Made by a program: the position numbers and the translations under genes. A DNA stretch of 64,000 nucleotides from an uncultured virus (IMG/VR IMGVR_UViG_3300032295_002297) (Duplodnaviria; Heunggongvirae; Uroviricota; Caudoviricetes): the IMG/VR virus record IMGVR_UViG_3300032295_002297; one strand, 5' to 3'. How positions within the stretch are numbered: the first letter of the stretch is position 1; each line of letters opens with the position of its first letter. Of this stretch, positions 59,026-64,000 are shown one piece after another. A model generated the notes under the pieces. That model did no database searches. It worked only from the letters and a program-made list of their open reading frames with translations, and was not told the DNA's origin.

Positions 59026-60703
59026 AGATAAATATATAATAGGAATATCAGCATTTTACCACGATTCATCAGCATGTCTATTTAAAAATGGTAAATTAAT
59101 GTTTGCTTGTGAAGAAGAACGATTTAGTGGAATAAAGCATGATAGTTCATTTCCAAAACATACTATAGAGTATATTTTAACCAAATATAAACTTAGTAAA
59201 GAAGATATACATGCGGTTTGCTATTATGAAGAACCTAAATTGAAATTTAAAAGAGTTTGGGACAATTTTAAAACAAACTTTTTTAAAGCACCAATTCATG
59301 TAACCAAATCTTTGGTTGAAATAACATCAAATAAAGTAAAAATACATAAATTACTTAAAACAATATCCGATAATGTGTTTTATTCAGAACACCATAAATC
59401 ACATTTATACTATTCTGTGGCTACATCTGATTTTTTAGAGTCGGATGTAATTTCAATTGATGGTGTTGGTGAGATTGATACCATATCGTATGGATTGCAT
59501 AAAGAAAAGGTAATAAAATATAAAAGTTTAGCACAATATCCCCATTCTTTAGGATTATTCTATTCAGCTATGACATCTTACTTAGGATTCAAACCAAATG
59601 AGGGAGAATATAAAGTAATGGGGTTGGCATCGTATGGTTCTAAAAGTAAATACACCAAATTAGTAGGATCTTTAGTTAGATTTGGGGCTGGTAGGTTAAA
59701 TTGCGATATGGATAAGTTTTGTTGGGATAGAGATGATAAATTAATGTTTAATCATAAGTTAATTGAACATTTGGGTATCCTACCTAGAGATTCGCATGAA
59801 CCAATTACCGCAGAACACGAAGATTTGGCATACGCAGTTCAGCAAGTGTATGAGGATGTTTTCTTTGCTATCCTAAATCATATAAGTTCTCAAAGTAAAA
59901 ACACAAATTTGTGTTTAAGTGGTGGATGTGCATATAATGGAACGGCAAATGGTAAGATAACTAAAAACACAAATTACAAAAAACTATGGATACCATCCGC
60001 ACCATCTGATGCTGGTTCTTCGATTGGAGCATGTATTAATTATCTTATCCAAACTGATGATACTTTTAAAGGAAAGGTTACTAGAAATCCATTTTTAGGA
60101 CCTGAATATGGATATGGTAAGGTTGTGGAAACGATAAACCCATCTAAAATTGTAAGATATAATAGTGAAGAGGACTTATTAAGTAAAGTGGCAGAGGAAC
60201 TACATAATGAGAAGGTAGTTGGGTGGTTTTATGGAAGTATGGAGTTTGGTGCTAGGGCTTTGGGCAATCGTTCAATCCTTGCATCACCTCTAAAAGCGGA
60301 AATGAAAGATAAAATCAATAAAGTGATTAAAAAGAGGGAAGGATTTAGACCATTTGCACCTATGGTATTGCAAGATGTGCAAGATAAATACTTCGAAACC
60401 AATGGAGATGTTCCATATATGAATCAAGTGGTTAATGTTAGAACGGAATATCAGAAAACATTAGGAGCTGTAACTCATGTGGATGGAACGGCAAGAATTC
60501 AAACCATATTTACTACATCAAATAATAGAATATACAGATTACTACGAAAATATGAAAAGTTAAGTGGGTATCCAATACTTTTGAATACATCATTTAATGT
60601 AAAGGATAAAACTATGGTTTTAACGCCAGAGGATGCTCTGGAAACCTTCTACGATACGGAAATGGATGTGTTGGTTTTGGGTAATTATATTGTTTACAAA
60701 TAA
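59018..60703 (+). CDS. O-carbamoyltransferase (NodU/CmcH family)
   Basis: GISAFYHDSSA, EEERFSGIKH, EHHKSH, DGVGE, EYKVMGLASYG, SGGCAYN, EFGARALGNRSIL, KKREGFRPFAP, HVDGTARIQ, LNTSFN. Confidence 0.93.
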   Translation: MNKDKYIIGISAFYHDSSACLFKNGKLMFACEEERFSGIKHDSSFPKHTIEYILTKYKLSKEDIHAVCYYEEPKLKFKRVWDNFKTNFFKAPIHVTKSLVEITSNKVKIHKLLKTISDNVFYSEHHKSHLYYSVATSDFLESDVISIDGVGEIDTISYGLHKEKVIKYKSLAQYPHSLGLFYSAMTSYLGFKPNEGEYKVMGLASYGSKSKYTKLVGSLVRFGAGRLNCDMDKFCWDRDDKLMFNHKLIEHLGILPRDSHEPITAEHEDLAYAVQQVYEDVFFAILNHISSQSKNTNLCLSGGCAYNGTANGKITKNTNYKKLWIPSAPSDAGSSIGACINYLIQTDDTFKGKVTRNPFLGPEYGYGKVVETINPSKIVRYNSEEDLLSKVAEELHNEKVVGWFYGSMEFGARALGNRSILASPLKAEMKDKINKVIKKREGFRPFAPMVLQDVQDKYFETNGDVPYMNQVVNVRTEYQKTLGAVTHVDGTARIQTIFTTSNNRIYRLLRKYEKLSGYPILLNTSFNVKDKTMVLTPEDALETFYDTEMDVLVLGNYIVYK

Positions 60704-60707
60704 TTTG

Positions 60708-60716
60708 ATATTTATA
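60708..60716 (+). promoter_or_regulatory. Putative late promoter ATATTTATA
   Basis: Exact motif upstream of ATG 60734. Confidence 0.6.
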
Positions 60717-60733
60717 TATACAAATAGAATAAT

Positions 60734-61099
60734 ATGGCTCAAATAAATTGGACAATCAGACAATTAGAAAGACACATTGTAAATGGTATCGTTACAAGAG
60801 TGTATTGGAAGTGTGAAGTTATAGATGGTATTTTTACAGCAGCTGCACAAGATGTTGTGACTATTTGTGATGATTTAAGCACAGTTGATACTAATGCTGC
60901 TGAGTTTACACAATTTGAAAACCTAACTGAATCACAATTAGTTGATTGGGTTAAGGGTAAACTTGGAAATGAGGAGGTAACAAACATAGTTAATGGATTA
61001 ACCTATAATATAGATATTCAAAAGGATTACGCTACTAACTTTGTATATGGATTACCTTGGGAAGAGACTGTGACTGAAGAAGAAACAACCGAATCTTAA
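60734..61099 (+). CDS. Small phage structural or tail-associated protein
   Basis: WTIRQLER...VTRVYW...FTQFENLTESQLVDWVK...GLPW, a pattern common near phage fibre genes. Confidence 0.6.
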   Translation: MAQINWTIRQLERHIVNGIVTRVYWKCEVIDGIFTAAAQDVVTICDDLSTVDTNAAEFTQFENLTESQLVDWVKGKLGNEEVTNIVNGLTYNIDIQKDYATNFVYGLPWEETVTEEETTES

Positions 61100-61178
61100 G
61101 AATAGGATACACTAAATAATACTAATAGATTCCCAATACGATATTTTGAAAAAAAATTGTGTTTTGGGGATTTCCCTT

Positions 61179-61187
61179 ATATTTATA
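61179..61187 (+). promoter_or_regulatory. Putative late promoter ATATTTATA
   Basis: Exact motif upstream of the sheath gene, followed by a 9-bp hairpin at 61189-61211. Confidence 0.6.
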
Positions 61188-61246
61188 TGTGTATTTTGTT
61201 TGGAAGTACACGGAATTAAAATATAATAACAAATATATAAATAACA

Positions 61247-63565
61247 ATGGCAGAAAGAATCGTATCACCTGGTGTTTTTACAAGAGAAAATGACCTATCC
61301 TTCTTAGCGCAAGGAGTTGGTGAAATTGGAGCAGCATTTATTGGACCTTTTAAGCAAGGACCGGCATTTATTCCAACAATCGTAAGAACTCAATCAGAAT
61401 TCGAAGATATCTTCGGAACACCCGATGGAACATATTACACAGAATATGCAGTTCAAAACTATTTAAGAGAAGCGGGAACGGCCACCATCGTAAGAGTTGG
61501 TGGTATTGGTGGTTATAGACAACCACAACCTTTCGCTTTGAGAATTACTGGTTCGGCAACTAACACAGGAATTGATGGTAGAATATTTGCAGTATTATTC
61601 GCTACGGGTTCTAACAATCAAACTACAGGATTCACAGGATCTATTTCAGCAAGCCAACTATCTGATAGTTCATCTTTTGAAATAAACAACGCGGGTATAA
61701 TGGGAAGCTCTTATACATTAAATTTATTACCAACATCAACAAATGATGTTAGTGATGTATTTGGTGAATCTCCATTTGGAACTAAAGCACCATATACTTA
61801 CGCATATTTTGAAAACTACGCAGCAACATTAAGTGGGGCGGATTATGGTATTCAAAGAGTTACTATCCCAACACAAGATTTCAGATACGATATTACACAC
61901 GCTTCAACACCTTGGGTTCAATCTCAAACAGGAAGTGCACAAGACCCGGCAAGCGATTTATTCCGTTTCCACACAATTGGTGATGGAACAATCTATAACA
62001 CAAAATACAAAATCGGTATTTCTGGTGTTAAAGCAGCTGGTGAAGATGGTTCAACTGATTATTCTGTATTCACTGTAACTGTAAGAGCATTTAGTGATAG
62101 TGATAGAAGAAAGGTAGTTTTAGAAACATTTAACAATGTAAACTTAGACCCTGCTTCTCCAAACTTTATAGCTAGAGTAATTGGTGATAGAAATGTAACT
62201 ATTGATTCTGATGGTAAAATTACTGAAAATGGTGATTATTCAAATAAATCAAAATATATTAGAGTTGAAGTAAAAGAGCAAGGCACGTATCCAATATCAG
62301 CAATGCCATTTGGACACTCAGCATATTATTCTCCAATTGATGATGGACAAAATGGTGCATTATTACCAGGTGTTCAATATTCAACCGGTTCTAAAGATAA
62401 CACAACATCTTCAACTATTAAATTTAGTGGTTTAGATTTAGAATCTACATCATACAAAATTGATAACGCTCAATTCTTAAAACCAATACCTACTGGAGTA
62501 ACCGGAAGAACTTCAAACGCATTTTCATTTAACAATTCACCATTCAGCTATGTTCCAACAGGTTCAGCAGCGGTGGATATGGCTAAGAGACAAATGATTT
62601 TATATTTCCAAGAAGGTTTTGATGGATTAAATCCAATTATTAAGCCAGCATTAGGAACAGGTATTTCAGCGGCTAACGCACAAGGACTTGATTGTTCAAC
62701 TTCAATAGCAAGTGGTTCGGTGGGATACGCTAAAGCAATCGCAGCGGTATCTAACCCTGATGAATATGATATTAACATGGTAGTAACTCCAGGTATCGTT
62801 AGAAGATTACACTCTAATGTAACTGATAGAGTTATTGATATGGTAGAAGCTAGACAAGATGCATTCTACATCGCTGATTTCAACGGAGCAGGTGATACAA
62901 TCACACAAGCAACTGATGAAGCATCTTTAGTAGATTCAAACTATGTTGGAACTTACTATCCTTGGGTTAAGACTATCGATGGTAACACAAACAAATTAAC
63001 TTCAGTTCCTCCATCAACTTTATTACCAGCAGTATTTGCAGCTAACGATAGATTGGCAGCAGAGTGGTTCGCACCAGCAGGTTTAAATAGAGGTGGTATT
63101 ACGGGAGCAGTTTCAGTATTGAATAGATTAACACACTCTGAAAGAGATACTTTATACGAAGCAAAAGTAAACCCAATCGCTGTATTCCCTGGACAAGGTA
63201 TTGTAGCATACGGACAAAAAACATTGCAAGATAGAGCATCGGCATTGGATAGAATCAACGTAAGAAGATTACTTATCACTGTTAAGAAGTTCGTAGCATC
63301 TACATCTCGTTTCTTAGTATTCGAACAAAATACTTCAGAGACTAGAACTAGATTCTTAAACACTGTTAACCCTTACTTTGAAGCAATTCAACAAAGACAA
63401 GGACTTTACGCATTCAATGTGGTAATGGATGAATCTAACAACACACCTGATGTTATCGATAGAAACATTATGGCTGGACAGATTTTCTTACAACCAACAA
63501 AGACTGCAGAATTTATAGTTATTGATTTCAACATCTTACCAACTGGAGCAACATTCAGCGCATAA
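61247..63565 (+). CDS. Contractile tail sheath protein (T4 gp18-like)
   Basis: SPGVFTREND, AFIGPFKQGP, YYPWV, EWFAPAGLNRG, VNPIAVFPGQGIVAYGQKTLQ, DRINVRRL, FEQN, PTKTAEFI. Confidence 0.95.
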   Translation: MAERIVSPGVFTRENDLSFLAQGVGEIGAAFIGPFKQGPAFIPTIVRTQSEFEDIFGTPDGTYYTEYAVQNYLREAGTATIVRVGGIGGYRQPQPFALRITGSATNTGIDGRIFAVLFATGSNNQTTGFTGSISASQLSDSSSFEINNAGIMGSSYTLNLLPTSTNDVSDVFGESPFGTKAPYTYAYFENYAATLSGADYGIQRVTIPTQDFRYDITHASTPWVQSQTGSAQDPASDLFRFHTIGDGTIYNTKYKIGISGVKAAGEDGSTDYSVFTVTVRAFSDSDRRKVVLETFNNVNLDPASPNFIARVIGDRNVTIDSDGKITENGDYSNKSKYIRVEVKEQGTYPISAMPFGHSAYYSPIDDGQNGALLPGVQYSTGSKDNTTSSTIKFSGLDLESTSYKIDNAQFLKPIPTGVTGRTSNAFSFNNSPFSYVPTGSAAVDMAKRQMILYFQEGFDGLNPIIKPALGTGISAANAQGLDCSTSIASGSVGYAKAIAAVSNPDEYDINMVVTPGIVRRLHSNVTDRVIDMVEARQDAFYIADFNGAGDTITQATDEASLVDSNYVGTYYPWVKTIDGNTNKLTSVPPSTLLPAVFAANDRLAAEWFAPAGLNRGGITGAVSVLNRLTHSERDTLYEAKVNPIAVFPGQGIVAYGQKTLQDRASALDRINVRRLLITVKKFVASTSRFLVFEQNTSETRTRFLNTVNPYFEAIQQRQGLYAFNVVMDESNNTPDVIDRNIMAGQIFLQPTKTAEFIVIDFNILPTGATFSA

Positions 63566-63588
63566 GATACTGAAAAAATAATTAGAGT

Positions 63589-63597
63589 ATATTTATT
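63589..63597 (+). promoter_or_regulatory. Putative late promoter variant ATATTTATT
   Basis: Intergenic, upstream of the tail tube ATG at 63624. Confidence 0.5.
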
Positions 63598-63623
63598 ATT
63601 AATAAAACAGATAAAGAAATAAA

Positions 63624-64000
63624 ATGGCAGAAGTATTAGAGTTTGATAAGATGTTCTATACGAACTTCGAACCGAAGATGAAGAATAGATACGTGATGGA
63701 AATCGATGGTATCCCTTCTTACTTAGTAAAAGCAGCAGCTCGACCTTCAATTCAATTTGAAACTATTGTGTTAGATCACATCAACATCAAAAGAAAATTA
63801 CAAGGCAAGGGAGATTGGCAAGATATAAATATCACATTATACGATCCAATTGTTCCATCAGGAGCACAATCGGTAATGGAATGGGTTCGTTTAGGACACG
63901 AATCTATTACTGGTAGAAGAGGCTACGCTGACTTCTATAAGAAAGATATTACTTTCTATATGTTAGGACCTGTGGGTGATAAAATTGAACAATGGACTAT
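63624..64000 (+). CDS. Tail tube protein (T4 gp19-like), 3'-truncated, not in the ORF track
   Basis: MAEVLEFDKMFYTNFEPKMKNRYVMEIDGIPSYLVKAAARPSIQF...GKGDWQDINITLYDPIVPSGAQSVMEWVRLGHESITGRRGYADFYKKDI... The frame is open to the window edge and directly follows the sheath gene. Confidence 0.9.
   Translation, partial: MAEVLEFDKMFYTNFEPKMKNRYVMEIDGIPSYLVKAAARPSIQFETIVLDHINIKRKLQGKGDWQDINITLYDPIVPSGAQSVMEWVRLGHESITGRRGYADFYKKDITFYMLGPVGDKIEQWT

Noticed and set aside
24856..60703. Bacterial capsule or O-antigen locus (host chromosome or misassembly)
   Set aside because: It is flanked on both sides by phage tail genes in the same orientation and shares intergenic motifs with them. It lacks wzx/wzy/wzz, ABC export and initiating transferase genes.
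61166..61176. GGGGATTTCCC as a terminator hairpin
   Set aside because: The stem is only 3-4 bp with no convincing U-tract.
62956..63750. Minus-strand ORFs over the sheath/tube region and other short minus-strand ORFs across the window
   Set aside because: They overlap well-supported plus-strand genes and show no recognisable motifs.
1..64000. Stop-codon reassignment, introns/inteins, tRNA genes
   Set aside because: Genes tile densely under the standard code with TAA, TGA and TAG all used as stops. No split conserved genes, intein motifs or cloverleaf-like sequences were recognised in the short gaps.

Overview
This window is AT-rich and every credible gene lies on the + strand. It comes from a large contractile-tailed (myovirus-type) phage: a T4-like tail sheath gene and the start of a tail tube gene close the window. 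Bacteroidota-type TTTG-N20-TAnnTTTG promoters and A-rich leaders without Shine-Dalgarno sites suggest a Bacteroidota host (inference). Bases 1-24.4 kb encode giant repetitive virion/fibre proteins. One is a 5'-truncated protein of more than 2,000 aa with 14 copies of a C-x-R-D...GG unit that lines up without gaps with the bilin-binding helix of phycobiliproteins. Two fibres (3,330 aa and 1,571 aa) carry about 960 and 490 aa of proline-free Gly-Thr/Ser-Ser triplets. An LRR-like protein and tail-fibre chaperones are also present. Bases 24.4-60.7 kb form a roughly 36 kb, about 40-gene glycan synthesis and tailoring island with no obvious transporter or membrane polymerase. It holds GT2-like enzymes, two GT7 enzymes with inserted LamG domains, four GT10-like paralogs, nine SGNH-like paralogs, three radical SAM enzymes, an amidinotransferase, a DegT aminotransferase, RmlC, three SDRs, a split TPP E1-alpha/beta pair, two 2OG-Fe(II) oxygenases, a sulfotransferase-like protein, a carbamoyltransferase and a degenerate MetK. 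Main hypotheses: a phage-encoded virion glycosylation system acting on the Ser/Thr-Gly fibres, and a possibly chromophore-binding phycobiliprotein-like virion protein. All assignments come from motif recognition by eye; no database searches were run.
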